NCBI GenBank assembly: GCA_964016885.1
Contig: OZ024742.1
Span: forward strand, 1,178,001-1,242,000
DNA length: 64,000 nucleotides
Direction: 5' to 3'
Source: Eledone cirrhosa
Lineage: Eukaryota
In this document: positions 1-15,000 of the stretch, piece after piece
How the letters are laid out: each line of letters begins with the position of its first letter
How positions within the stretch are numbered: position 1 is the stretch's first letter
Translations under genes and position numbers: made by a program
Notes under the pieces: model-generated
Told to the model about the DNA's origin: nothing
What the model saw: the letters and a program-made list of their open reading frames with translations, nothing else
Database searches by the model: none

Positions 1-3000
1 ATTACTGTAGAGCTCGAGATAAAACTAGGCTCACATCAACATTACTGTAGAGCTAGAGATGAAACTAGGCTCACATCAACATTACTGTAGAGCTAGGGAT
101 GAAACTAGGCTCACAACAACATTACGGTAGAGCTAGAGATAAAACTAGGCTCACATCAACATTACTGTAGAGCTAGACATAAAACTAGGATCACATCAAC
201 ATTACTGTAGAGCTAGAGATAACACTAGGCTCACATCAACATTACTGTAAAGCTAGAGATGAAACTAGGCTCCCATCAACATTATTGTAGAGCTAGAGAT
301 AAAACTAGGCTCACATCAACATTACTGTAGAGCTAGAGATAAAACTAGGCTCACAACATTACTGTAAAGCTAGAGACAAAACTAGGCTCACATTCACATT
401 ACTGTACAGCTAGAGATAAACTAGGCTCACAACAACATTACTGTACAGCCAGAGATAAAACTAGGCTCACATCAACATTACTGTAGAGCTATAGATAAGA
501 CTAGGCTCACATCAACATTACTGTATAGCTATAGATAAAACTAGGCTCACAACAACATTACTGTAGAGCTATAGATAAAACTAGGCTCACATCAACATTA
601 CTGTCGAGATAGAGATAAAACTAGGCTCACATCAACATTACTGTAGAGCTATAGATAAAGCTAGGCTCACAACAACATTACTGTACAATTAGAGATAAAA
701 CTAGGCTCACAACATTACTGTAGAGCTAGAGATAAAACTAGGCTCACATGAACATCACTGTAGAGCCGGAGATAAAACAAGGCTCACAACAACATTACGG
801 TACAACTAGAGATAAAACTAGGCTCACATCAATATTAATATAGAGCTATAGATAAAGCTAGGCTCACAACAACATTACTGTACAACTAGAGATAAAACTA
901 GGCTCACAACATTACTGTAGAGCTAGAGATAAAACTAGGCTCACATGAACATCACTGTAGAGCCGGAGATAAAACAAGGCTCACAACAACATTACTGTAC
1001 AGCTATAGATAAAACTAGGCTCACATCAACATTACTGTAGAGCTAGAGATAAAACTAGGCACACATCAACATTACTGTAGAGCTATAGATAAAACTAGGC
1101 TCACATCAACATTACTGTATAGCCATAGATAAAACTAGGCTCACAACAACATTACTGTAGAGGTATAGATAAGACTAGGCTCACATCAACATTACTGTAT
1201 AGCTATAGATAAAACTAGGCTCACAACAACATTACTGTAGAGCTATAGATAAAACTAGGCTCACATCAACATTACTGTCGAGATAGAGATAAAACTAGGC
1301 TCACATCAACATTACTGTAGAGCTATAGATAAAGCTAGGCTCACAACAACATTACTGTACAATTAGAGATAAAACTAGGCTCACAACATTACTGTAGAGC
1401 TAGAGATAAAACTAGGCTCACATGAACATCACTGTAGAGCCGGAGATAAAACAAGGCTCACACCAACATTACGGTACAACTAGAGATAAAACTAGGCTCA
1501 CATCAATATTAATATAGAGCTATAGATAAAGCTAGGCTCACAACAACATTACTGTACAACTAGAGATAAAACTAGGCTCACAACAACATTACTGTAGAGC
1601 TATAGATAAAACTAGGCTCACATCAACATTACTGTAAAGCTAGAGGTGAAACTAGGCTTACATCAACATTACTGTAGAGCTAGAGATAAAACTAGGCTCA
1701 CATCAACATTACTGTAGAGCTAGAGATAAAACTTGGCTCACAACAACATTACTGTAGAGCTAGAGATAAAACTAGACTCACAACAACATTACTGTAGAGC
1801 TAGAGTTAAAACTAGGCTCACAACAACATTACTGTAGAGCTAGAGATAAAACTAGGCTCACATCAACGTTACTGTAGAGCTAGATAAAAGTAGGCTCACA
1901 TCAACATTACTGTAAAGCTAGAGATGAAACTAGGCTCACATCAACATTACTGTAGAGCTAGGGATGAAACTAGGCTCACAACAACATTACAGTAGAGCTA
2001 GAGATAAAACTAAGCTCACATCAACATTACTGTATAGCTATAGATAAAACTAGGCTCACAACAACATTACTGTAGAGCTAGAGTTAAAACTAGGCTCACA
2101 ACAACATTACTGAAGAGCTAGAGATAAAACTAGGCTCACAACAACATTACTGTAGAGCTAGAGTTAAAACTAGGCTCACAACAACATTACTGTAGAGCTA
2201 GAGATAAAACTAGGCTCACATCAACGTTACTGTAGAGCTAGATAAAAGTAGGCTCACATCAACATTACTGTAAAGCTAGAGATGAAACTAGGCTCACATC
2301 AACATTACTGTATAGCTATAGATAAAACTAGGCTCACAACAACATTACTGAAGAGCTAGAGATACAACTAGGCTCACATCAACATTACTGTAGAGCTAGA
2401 GATAAATCTAGGCTCACATCAACATTACTGTAGAGCTAGAGATAAAACTAGGCTCACATCAACATTACTGTAGAGCTAGAGATAAAACTAGGCTCCCATC
2501 AACATTACTGTAGAGCTAGAGATAAAACTAGGCTCACATCAACATTACTGTAGAGCTAGACATAAAACTAGGATCACATCAACATTACTGTAGAGCTAGA
2601 GATGAAACTAGGCTCACATCAACATTACTGTAGAGCTAGGGATGAAACTAGGCTCACAACAACATTACGGTAGAGCTAGAGATAAAACTAGGCTCACATC
2701 AACATTACTGTAGAGCTAGACATAAAACTAGGATCACATCAACATTACTGTAGAGCTAGAGATAACACTAGGCTCACATCAACATTACTGTAAAGCTAGA
2801 GATGAAACTAGGCTCCCATCAACATTATTGTAGAGCTAGAGATAAAACTACTCACATCAACATTACTGTAGAGCTAGAGATAAAACTAGGCTCACATCAA
2901 CATTACTGTAGAGCTAGAGATAAAACTAGGCTCACAACATTACTGTAAAGCTAGAGACAAAACTAGGCTCACATTCACATTACTGTACAGCTAGAGATAA

Positions 3001-6000
3001 ACTAGGCTCACAACAACATTACTGTACAGCCAGAGATAAAACTAGGCTCACATCAACATTACTGTATAGCTAGAGATAAAACTAGGCTCACAACAACATT
3101 ACTGTAGAGCTACAGATGAAACTAGGCTCACATCAACATTACTGTAGAGCTAGGGATGAAACTAGGCTCACAACAACATTACGGTAGAGTTAGAGATAAA
3201 ACTAGGCTCCCATCAACATTACTGTAGAGCTAGAGATGAAACTAGGCTCACAACAACATTACTGTAGACCTAGAGATAAAACTAGGCTCACATCAACATT
3301 ACTGTATAGCTAGAGATAAAACTAGGCTCACGTCAACATTCCTGTAGAGCTAGAGATAAAACTAGGCTCACATCAACATTACTGTAGAGCTAGAGATAAA
3401 ACTAGGCTCACATCAACATTACTGTATAGCTATAGATAAAACTAGGCTCACAACAACATTACTGTAGAGCTAGAGATAAAACTAGGCTCACAACAACATT
3501 ACTGAAGAGCTAGAGATACAACTAGGCTCACATCAACATTACTGTAGAGCTAGAGATAAATCTAGGCTCACAACAACATTACTGTAAAGCTAGAGATAAA
3601 ACTAGGCTCACATCAACATTACTGTAGAGCTAGAGATAAAACTAGGCTCACATCAACATTACTGTGGAGCTAGAGATAAAACTAGGCTCACATCAACGTT
3701 ACTGTATAGCTAGAGATAAAACTAGGCTCACATCAACATTACTGTAGAGCTAGAGATAAAACTAGGCTCACATCAACATTACTGTAGAGCTAGACATAAA
3801 ACTAGTCTCACATCAACATTACTGTAGAGCTAGAGAGAAAACTAGGCTCACATCAACATTACTGTAGAGCTAGAGAAAGAACTAGGCTCCCATCAACATT
3901 ACTGTAGAGCTAGAGATAAAACTAGGCTCACATCAACATTACTGTACAGCTAGAGATAAAACTAGGCTCACATCAACATTACTGTAGAGCTAGAGATAAA
4001 ACTAGGCTCACAACATTACTGTAAAGCTAGAGACAAAACTAGGCTCACATTCACATTACTGTACAGCTAGAGATAAACTCGGCTCACAACAACATTACTG
4101 TAGAGCTAGAGATGAAACTAGGCTCACATCAACATTACTGTAGAGCTAGGGATGAAACTAGGCTCACAACAACATTACGGTAGAGCTAGAGATAAAACTA
4201 GGCTCACATCAACATTACTGTAGAGCTAGAGATAAAACTAGGATCACATCAATATTACTGTAGAGCTAGAGATAACACTAGGCTCACATCAACATTACTG
4301 TAAAGCTAGAGATGAAACTAGGCTCCCATCAACATTATTCTAGAGCTAGAGATAAAACTAGGCTCACATCAACATTACTGTAGAGCTAGAGATAAAACTA
4401 GGCTCACATCAACATTACTGTAGAGCTAGAGATAAAACTAGGCTCACAACATTACTGTAAAGCCAGAGACAAAACTAGGCTCACATTCACATTACTGTAC
4501 AGCTAGAGATAAACTAGGCTCACAACAACATTACTGTACAGCCAGAGATAAAACTAGGCTCACATCAACATTACTGTATAGCTAGAGATAAAACTAGGCT
4601 CACAACAACATTACTGTAGAGCTACAGATGAAACTAGGCTCACATCAACATTACTGTAGAGCTAGAGATGAAACTAGGCTCACAACAACATTACGGTAGA
4701 GCTAGAGATAAAACTAGGCTCACATCAACATTACTGTAGAGCTAGAGATGAAACTAGGCTCACATCAACATTACTGTATAGCTAGAGATAAAACTAGGCT
4801 CACATCAACATTACTGTATAGCTATAGATAAAACTAGGCTCACAACAACATTACTGTAGAGCTAGAGATAAAACTAGACTCACAACAACATTACTGAAGA
4901 GCTAGAGATACAACTAGGCTCACATCAACATTACTGTAGAGCTAGAGATAAATCTAGGCTCACAACAACATTACTGTAAAGCTAGAGATAAAACTAGGCT
5001 CACATCAACATTACTGTAGAGCTAGAGATAAAACTAGGCTCACAACAACATTACTGTACAGCCAGAGATAAAGCTAGGCTCACATCAACATTACTCTAGT
5101 GCTAGAGATAAAACTAGGCTCACAACAACATTACTGTACAGCTAGAGATAAAACTAGGCTCACATCAACATTACTGTACAGCTAGAGATAAAACTAGGCT
5201 CAGATCAACATTACTGTAGAGCTAGAGATAAAACTAGGCACGCATCAACATTACTGTAGAGCTAGAGATAAAACTAGGCTCACATCAACATTACTGTATA
5301 GCTAGAGATAAAACTAGGCTCACATCAACACTACTGTAGAGCTAGACATAAAACTAGGCTCACATCAACATTACTGTAAAGCTAGAGATAAAACTAGGCT
5401 CACATCAACATTACTGTAGAGCTAGAGATGAAACTAGGCTCACATCAACATTACTGTAGAGCTAGAGCTGAAACTAGGCTCACATCAACATTACTGTAGA
5501 GTTAGAGATAAAACTAGGCTCACATGAATATCACTGTAGAGCCGGAGATAAAACAAGGCTCACATCAACATTACTGTATAGCTAGAGATAAAACTAGGCT
5601 CACATCAACATTACTGTAGAGCTAGAAATAAAACTAGGCTCACAACATTACTGTAAAGCTAGAGACAAAACTAGGCTCACATTCACATTACTGTACAGCT
5701 AGAGATAAACTAGGCTCACAACAACATTACTATAAAGCTAGAGATAAAACTAGGCTCACATCAACATTACTGTAGAGCTAGAGATGAAACTAGGCTCACA
5801 TCAAGATTACTGTAGAGCTAGGGATGAAACTAGGCTCACAACAACATTACTCTAGAGCTAGAGATAAAACTAGGCTCACATCAACATTACGGTAGAGCTA
5901 GAGATGAAACTAGGCTCACAACAACATTACTGTAGAGCTAGAGATAAAACTAGGCTCACATCAACATTACTGTATAGCTAGAGATAAAACTAGGCTCACA

Positions 6001-9000
6001 TCAACATTCCTGTAGAGCTAGAGATAAAACTAGGCTCACATCAACATTACTATAGAGCTAGAGATAAAACTAGGCTCACAACAACATTACTGTACAGCCA
6101 GAGATAAAGCTAGGCTCACATCAACATTACTATAAAGCTAGAGATAAAACTAGGCTCACATCAACATTACTGTAGAGCTAGAGATGAAACTAGGCTCACA
6201 ACAACATTACGGTAGAGCTAGAGATAAAACTAGGCTCACATCAACATTACGGTAGAGCTAGAGATGAAACTAGGCTCACAACAACATTACTGTAGAGCTA
6301 GAGATAAAACTAGGCTCACATCAACATTCCTGTAGAGCTAGAGATAAAACTAGGCTCACAACAACATTACTGTACAGCTAGAGATAAAACTAGGCTCACA
6401 TCAACATTACTGTACAGCTAGAGATAAAACTAGGCTCAGATCAACATTACTGTAGAGCTAGAGATAAAACTAGGCACGCATCAACATTACTGTAGAGCTA
6501 GAGATAAAACTAGGCTCACATCAACATTACTGTATAGCTAGAGATAAAACTAGGCTCACATCAACATTACTGTAGAGCTAGAGATAAAACTAGGCTCACA
6601 TCAACATTACTGTAGAGCTAGACATAAAACTAGGCTCACATCAACATTACTGTAAAGCTAGAGTTAAAACTAGGCTCACATCAACATTACTGTATAGCTA
6701 TAGATAAAACTAGGCTCACAACAACATTACTGTAGGGCTATAGATAAAACTAGGCACACATCAACATTACTGTATAGCTATAGATAAAACTAGGCTCACA
6801 ACAACATTACTGTAGAGCTATAGATAAAACTAGGCTCACATCAACATTACTGTCGAGCTAGAGATAAAACTAGGCTCACATCAACATTACTGTAGAGCTA
6901 TAGATAAAGCTAGGCTCACAACAACATTACTGTACAATTAGAGATAAAACTAGGCTCACAACAACATTACTGTAGAGCTAGAGATAAAACTATGCTCGCA
7001 TGAACATCACTGTAGAGCCGGAGATAAAACAAGGCTCTCAACAACATTACGGTACAACTAGAGATAAAACTAGGCTCACATCAACATTAATATAGAGCTA
7101 AAGATAAAGCTAGGCTCACAACAACATTACTGTACAACTAGAGATAAAACTAGGCTCACAACAACATTACTGTAGAGCTATAGATAAAACTAGGCTCACA
7201 TCAACATTCCTGTAGAGCTAGAGATAAAACTAGGCTCACAACAACATTACTGTACAGCTAGAGATAAAACTAGGCTCACATCAACATTACTGTACAGCTA
7301 GAGATAAAACTAGGCTCAGATCAACATTACTGTAGAGCTAGAGATAAAACTAGGCACGCATCAACATTACTGTAGAGCTAGAGATAAAACTAGGCTCACA
7401 TCAACATTACTGTATAGCTAGAGATAAAACTAGGCTCACATCAACATTACTGTATAGCTAGAGATAAAACTAGGCTCACATCAACATTACTGTAGAGCTA
7501 GAGATAAAACTAGGCTCACATCAACATTACTGTAGAGCTAGAGATAAAACTAGGCTCACATCAACATTACTGTAAAGCTAGAGTTAAAACTAGGCTCACA
7601 TCAACATTACTGTATAGCTATAGATAAAACTAGGCTCACAACAACATTACTGTAGGGCTATAGATAAAACTAGGCACACATCAACATTACTGTATAGCTA
7701 TAGATAAAACTAGGCTCACAACAACATTACTGTAGAGCTATAGATAAAACTAGGCTCACATCAACATTACTGTCGAGCTAGAGATAAAACTAGGCTCACA
7801 TCAACATTACTGTAGAGCTATAGATAAAGCTAGGCTCACAACAACATTACTGTACAATTAGAGATAAAACTAGGCTCACAACAACATTACTGTAGAGCTA
7901 GAGATAAAACTATGCTCGCATGAACATCACTGTAGAGCCGGAGATAAAACAAGGCTCTCAACAACATTACGGTACAACTAGAGATAAAACTAGGCTCACA
8001 TCAACATTAATATAGAGCTAAAGATAAAGCTAGGCTCACAACAACATTACTGTACAACTAGATATAAAACTAGGCTCACAACAACATTACTGTAGAGCTA
8101 TAGATAAAACTAGGCTCACATCAACATTACTGTAAAGCTAGAGGTGAAACTAGGCTCACATCAACATTACTGTAGAGCTAGAGATAAAACTAGGCTCACA
8201 TCAACATTACTGTAGAGCTAGAGATAAAACTAGACTCACATCAACATTACTGTAGAGCTAGAAATAAAACTAGGCTCACAACATTACTGTAAAGCTAGAG
8301 ACAAAACTAGGTTCACATTCACTTTACTGTACAGCTAGAGATAAACTAGGCTCACAACAACATTACTGTACAGCCAGAGATAAAACTAGGCTCACATCAA
8401 CATTACTGTATAGCTAGAGATAAAACTAGGCTCACAACAACATTACTGTAGAGCTAGAGATGAAACTAGGCTCACATCAAGATTACTGTAGAGCTAGGGA
8501 TGAAACTAGGCTCACAACAACATTACGGTAAATCTAGAGATAAAACTAGGCTCACATCAACATTACTGTAGAGCTAGAGATGAAACTAGGCTCACAACAT
8601 TACTGTAGAGCTAGAGATAAAACTAGGCTCACATCAACATTACTGTATAGCTAGAGATAAAACTAGGCTCACATCAACATTCCTGTAGAGCTAGAGATAA
8701 AACTAGGCTCACATCAACATAACTGTAGAGCTAGAGATAAAACTAGGCTCACATCAACATTACTGTATAGCTATAGATAAAACTAGGCTCACAACAACAT
8801 TACTGTAGAGCTAGAGATAAAACTAGGCTCACAACAACATTACTGAAGAGCTAGAGATACAACTATGCTCACATCAACATTACTGTAGAGCTAGAGATAA
8901 ATCTAGGCTGACAACAACATTACTGTAAAGCTAGAGATAAAACTAGGCTCACATCAACATTACTGTAGAGCTAGAGATAAAACTAGGCTCACATCAACAT

Positions 9001-12000
9001 TACTGTAGAGCTAGAGATAAAACTAGGCTCACATCAACATTACTGTATAGCTAGAGATAAAACTAGGCTCACATCAACATTACTGTAGAGCTAAAGATAA
9101 AACTAGGCTCACATCAACATTACTGTAGAGCTAGACATAAAACTAGGCTCACATCAACATTACTGTAAAGCTAGAGATAAAACTAGGCTCACATCAACAT
9201 TACTGTATAGCTATAGATAAAACTAGGCTCACAACAACATTACTGTAGGGCTATAGATAAAACTAGGCACACATCAACATTACTGTATAGCTATAGATAA
9301 AACTAGGCTCACAACAACATTACTGTAGAGCTATAGATAAAACTAGGCTCACATCAACATTACTGTCGAGCTAGAGATAAAACTAGGCTCACATCAACAT
9401 TACTGTAGAGCTATAGATAAAGCTAGGCTCACAACAACATTACTGTACAATTAGAGATAAAACTAGGCTCACAACAACATTACTGTAGAGCTAGAGATAA
9501 AACTAGGCTCGCATGAACATCACTGTAGAGCCGGAGATAAAACAAGGCTCTCAACAACATTACGGTACAACTAGAGATAAAACTAGGCTCACATCAACAT
9601 TAATATAGAGCTATAGATAAAGCTAGGCTCACAACAACATTACTGTACAACTAGAGATAAAACTAGGCTCACAACAACATTACTGTAGAGCTAGAGATAA
9701 AACTAGGCTCACATGAACATCACTGTACAGCTAGAGATAAAACTAGGCTCACAACATTACTGTACAGCTAGAGATAAAACTAGGCTCACAACATTACTGT
9801 ACAGCTAGAGATAAAACTAGGCTCACAACATTACTGTACAGCTAGAGATAAAACTAGGCTCACATCAACATTACTGTACAGCTAGAGATAAAACTAGGCT
9901 CATATAATCATTACTGTACAGCTAGAGATACAACTAGACTCACGTCAACATTACTGTACCGCTAGAGATAAAACTAGGCTCACATCAACATTACTGTACC
10001 GCTAGAGATAATACTAGGCTCACATCAACATTACTGTACCGCTAGAGATAAAACTAGGCTCACATCAACATTACTGTACCGCTAGAGATAAAACTAGGCT
10101 CACATCAACATTATTGTACAGCTAGAGACAAAACTAGGCTCACAACAACATTACTGTACAACTAAAGATAAAACTAGGCTCACATCATCATTACTGTACA
10201 GCTAGAGATAAAACTAGGTTCACATCAACATTACTGTAGAGCTAGAGATAAAACTAGGTTCATATCAACTTTACTGTAGAGCTAGAGATAAAACTAGGTT
10301 CATATCAACATTATTGTACAGCTAGGGATAAAACTAGGCTCACATTCACATTACTGTACAGCTAGAGATAAAACTAGGCTCACAACAACATTACTGTACA
10401 GCCAGAGATAAAACTAGGCTCACATCAACATTACTGTAGGACTATAGATAAAACTAGGCTCACATTAACATTACTGTACAGCTATAGATAAAACTAGGCT
10501 CACAACAACATTACTGTAGAGCTAGAGATAAAACTAGGCTCACATCAACATTACTGTAGAGCTAGAGATAAAACTAGGCTCACAACAACATTACTGTAGA
10601 GCTAGAGATAAAACTAGGCTCACATCAACGTTACTGTAGAGCTAGAGATGAAACTAGGCTCACATCAACATTACTGTATAGCTATAGATAAAACTAGGCT
10701 CACAACAACATTACTGTAGAGCTAGAGATAAAACTAGGCTCACAACAACATTACTGAAGAGCTAGAGATACAACTATGCTCACATCAACATTACTGTAGA
10801 GCTAGAGATAAATCTAGGCTGACAACAACATTACTGTAAAGCTAGAGATAAAACTAGGCTCACATCAACATTACTGTAGAGCTAGAGATAAAACTAGGCT
10901 CACATCAACATTACTGTAGAGCTAGAGATGAAACTAGGCTCACATCAACATTACTGTAGAGCTAGAGATGAAACTAGGCTCACATCAACATTACTGTAGA
11001 GTTAGAGATAAAACTAGGCTCACATGAATATCACTGTAGAGCCGGAGATAAAACAAGGCTCACATCAACATTACTGTATAGCTAGAGATAAAACTAGGCT
11101 CACAACATAACTGTACAGCTATAGATAAAACTAGGCTCACATCAACATTACTGTAAAGCTAGAGATGAAACTAGGCTCACATCAACATTACTGTAGAGCT
11201 AGAGATAAAACTAGGCTCACATCAACATTACTGTAGAGCTAGAGATAAAACTAGGCTCACATCAACATTACTGTAGAGCTAGAAATAAAACTAGGCTCAC
11301 AACATTACTGTAAAGCTAGAGACAAAACTAGGCTCACATTCACATTACTGTACAGCTAGAGATAAAACTAGGCACACATCAACATTACTGTACCGCTAGA
11401 GATAAAACTAGGCTCACATCAACATTATTGTACAGCTAGAGACAAAACTAGGCTCACAACAACATTACTGTACAACTAAAGATAAAACTAGGCTCACATC
11501 ATCATTACTGTACAGCTAGAGATAAAACTAGGTTCACATCAACATTACTGTAGAGCTAGAGATAAAACTAGGTTCATATCAACTTTACTGTAGAGCTAGA
11601 GATAAAACTAGGTTCATATCAACATTATTGTACAGCTAGGGATAAAACTAGGCTCACATTCACATTACTGTACAGCTAGAGATAAAACTAGGCTCACAAC
11701 AACATTACTGTACAGCCAGAGATAAAACTAGGCTCACATCAACATTACTGTAGGACTATAGATAAAACTAGGCTCACATTAACATTACTGTACAGCTATA
11801 GATAAAACTAGGCTCACAACAACATTACTGTAGAGCTAGAGATAAAACTAGGCTCACATCAACATTACTGTAGAGCTAGAGATAAAACTAGGCTCACAAC
11901 AACATTACTGTAGAGCTAGAGATAAAACTAGGCTCACAACAACATTACTGTAGAGCTAGAGATAAAACTAGGCTCACATCAACGTTACTGTAGAGCTAGA

Positions 12001-15000
12001 GATGAAACTAGGCTCACATCAACATTACTGTATAGCTATAGATAAAACTAGGCTCACAACAACATTACTGTAGAGCTAGAGATAAAACTAGGCTCACAAC
12101 AACATTACTGAAGAGCTAGAGATACAACTATGCTCACATCAACATTACTGTAGAGCTAGAGATAAATCTAGGCTGACAACAACATTACTGTAAAGCTAGA
12201 GATAAAACTAGGCTCACATCAACATTACTGTAGAGCTAGAGATAAAACTAGGCTCACATCAACATTACTGTAGAGCTAGAGATGAAACTAGGCTCACATC
12301 AACATTACTGTAGAGCTAGAGATAAAACTAGGCTCACAACATAACTGTACAGCTAGAGATAAAACTAGGCTCACATCAACATTACTGTAGAGCTAGAAAT
12401 AAAACTAGGCTCACAACATTACTGTAAAGCTAGAGACAAAACTAGGCTCACATTCACATTACTGTACAGCTAGAGATAAACTAGGCTCACAACAACATTA
12501 CTGTACAGCCAGAGATAAAACTAGGCTCACATCAACATTACTGTATAGCTAGAGATAAAACTAGGCTCACATCAACATTACTATAAAGCTAGAGATAAAA
12601 CTAGGCTCACATCAACATTACTGTAGAGCTAGAGATAAAACTAGGCTCACATCAACATTACGGTAGAGCTAGAGATGAAACTAGGCTCACAACAACATTA
12701 CTGTAGAGCTAGAGATAAAACTAGGCTCACATCAACAATACTGTATAGCTAGAGATAAAACTAGGCTCACATCAACATTCCTGTAGAGCTAGAGATAAAA
12801 CTAGGCTCACATCAACATTACTGTAGAGCTAGAGATAAAACTAGGCTCACAACAACATTACTGTACAGCCAGAGATAAAGCTAGGCTCACATCAACATTA
12901 CTCTAGTGCTAGAGATAAAACTAGGCTCACAACAACATTACTGTACAGCTAGAGATAAAACTAGGCTCACATCAACATTACTGTACAGCTAGAGATAAAA
13001 CTAGGCTCAGATCAACATTACTGTAGAGCTAGAGATAAAACTAGGCACACATCAACATTACTGTAGAGCTAGAGATAAAACTAGGCTCACATCAACATTA
13101 CTGTATAGCTAGAGATAAAACTAGGCTCACATCAACATTACTGTAGAGCTAGACATAAAACTAGGCTCACATCAACATTACTGTAAAGCTAGAGATAAAA
13201 CTAGGCTCACATCAACATTACTGTATAGCTATAGATAAAACTAGGCTCACAACAACATTACTGTAGGGCTATAGATAAAACTAGGCTCACATCAACATTA
13301 CTGTACAGCCAGAGATAAAGCTAGGCTCACATCAACATTACTCTAGTGCTAGAGATAAAACTAGGCTCACAACAACATTACTGTAGAGCTAGAGATAAAA
13401 CTAGGCACACATCAACATTACTGTAGAGCTAGAGATAAAACTAGGCTCACATCAGCATTACTGTATAGCTAGAGATAAAACTAGGCTCACATCAACATTA
13501 CTGTAGAGCTAGACATAAAACTCGGCTCACATCAACATTACTGTAAAGCTAGAGATAAAACTAGGCTCACATCAACATTACTGTATAGCTATAGATAAAA
13601 CTAGGCTCACAACAACATTACTGTAGAGCTATAGATAAAACTAGGCTCACATCAACATTACTGTCGAGCTAGAGATAAAACTAGGCTCACATCAACATTA
13701 CTGTAGAGCTATAGATAAAGCTAGGCTCACAACAACATTACTGTACAATTAGAGATAAAACTAGGCTCACAACAACATTACTGTAGAGCTAGAGATAAAA
13801 CTAGGCTCGCATGAACATTACTGTAGAGCCGGAGATAAAACAAGGCTCTCAACAACATTACGGTACAACTAGAGATAAAACTAGGCTCACATCAATATTA
13901 ATATAGAGCTATAGATAAAGCTAGGCTCACAACAACATTACTGTACAACTAGAGATAAAACTAGGCTCACAACAACATTACTGTAGAGCTAGAGATAAAA
14001 CTAGGCTCACATGAACATCACTGTAGAGCCGGAGATAAAACAAGGCTCACAACAACATTACTGTACAGCTAGAGATAAAACTAGGCTCACATCAAAATTA
14101 CTGTACAGCTAGAGATAAAAGTAGGCTCACATCAACATTACTGTAGAGCTAGAGATAAAACTAGGCTCACATCAACATTACTGTACAGCTAGAGATAAAA
14201 CTAGGCTCACAACATTATTGTACAGCTAGAGATAAAACAAGGCTCACATCAATATTACTGTACAGATAGAGATAAAACTAGGCTCATATAATCATTACTG
14301 TACAGCTAGAGATACAACTAGACTCACGTCAACATTACTGTACCGCTAGAGATAAAACTAGGCTCACATCAACATTACTGTACCGCTAGAGATAAAACTA
14401 GGCTCACATCAACATTACTGTACCGCTAGAGATAAAACTAGGCTCACATCAACACTACTGTACCGCTAGAGATAAAACTAGGCTCACATCAACATTACTG
14501 TACAGCTAGAGACAAAACTAGGCTCACAACAACATTACTGTACAACTAAAGATAAAACTAGGCTCACATCATCATTACTGTACAGCTAGAGATAAAACTA
14601 GGTTCACATCAACATTACTGTAGAGCTAGAGATAAAACTAGGTTCATATCAACTTTACTGTAGAGCTAGAGATAAAACTAGGTTCATATCAACATTATTG
14701 TACAGCTAGGGATAAAACTAGGCTCACATTCACATTACTGTACAGCTAGAGATAAAACTAGGCTCACAACAACATTACTGTACAGCCAGAGATAAAACTA
14801 GGCTCACATCAACATTACTGTAGGACTATGGATAAAACTAGGCTCACATTAACATTACTGTACAGCTATAGATAAAACTAGGCTCACAACAACATTACTG
14901 TAGAGCTAGAGATAAAACTAGGCTCACATCAACGTTACTGTAGAGCTAGAGATAAAACTAGGCTCACATCAACATTACTGTAAAGCTAGAGATGAAACTA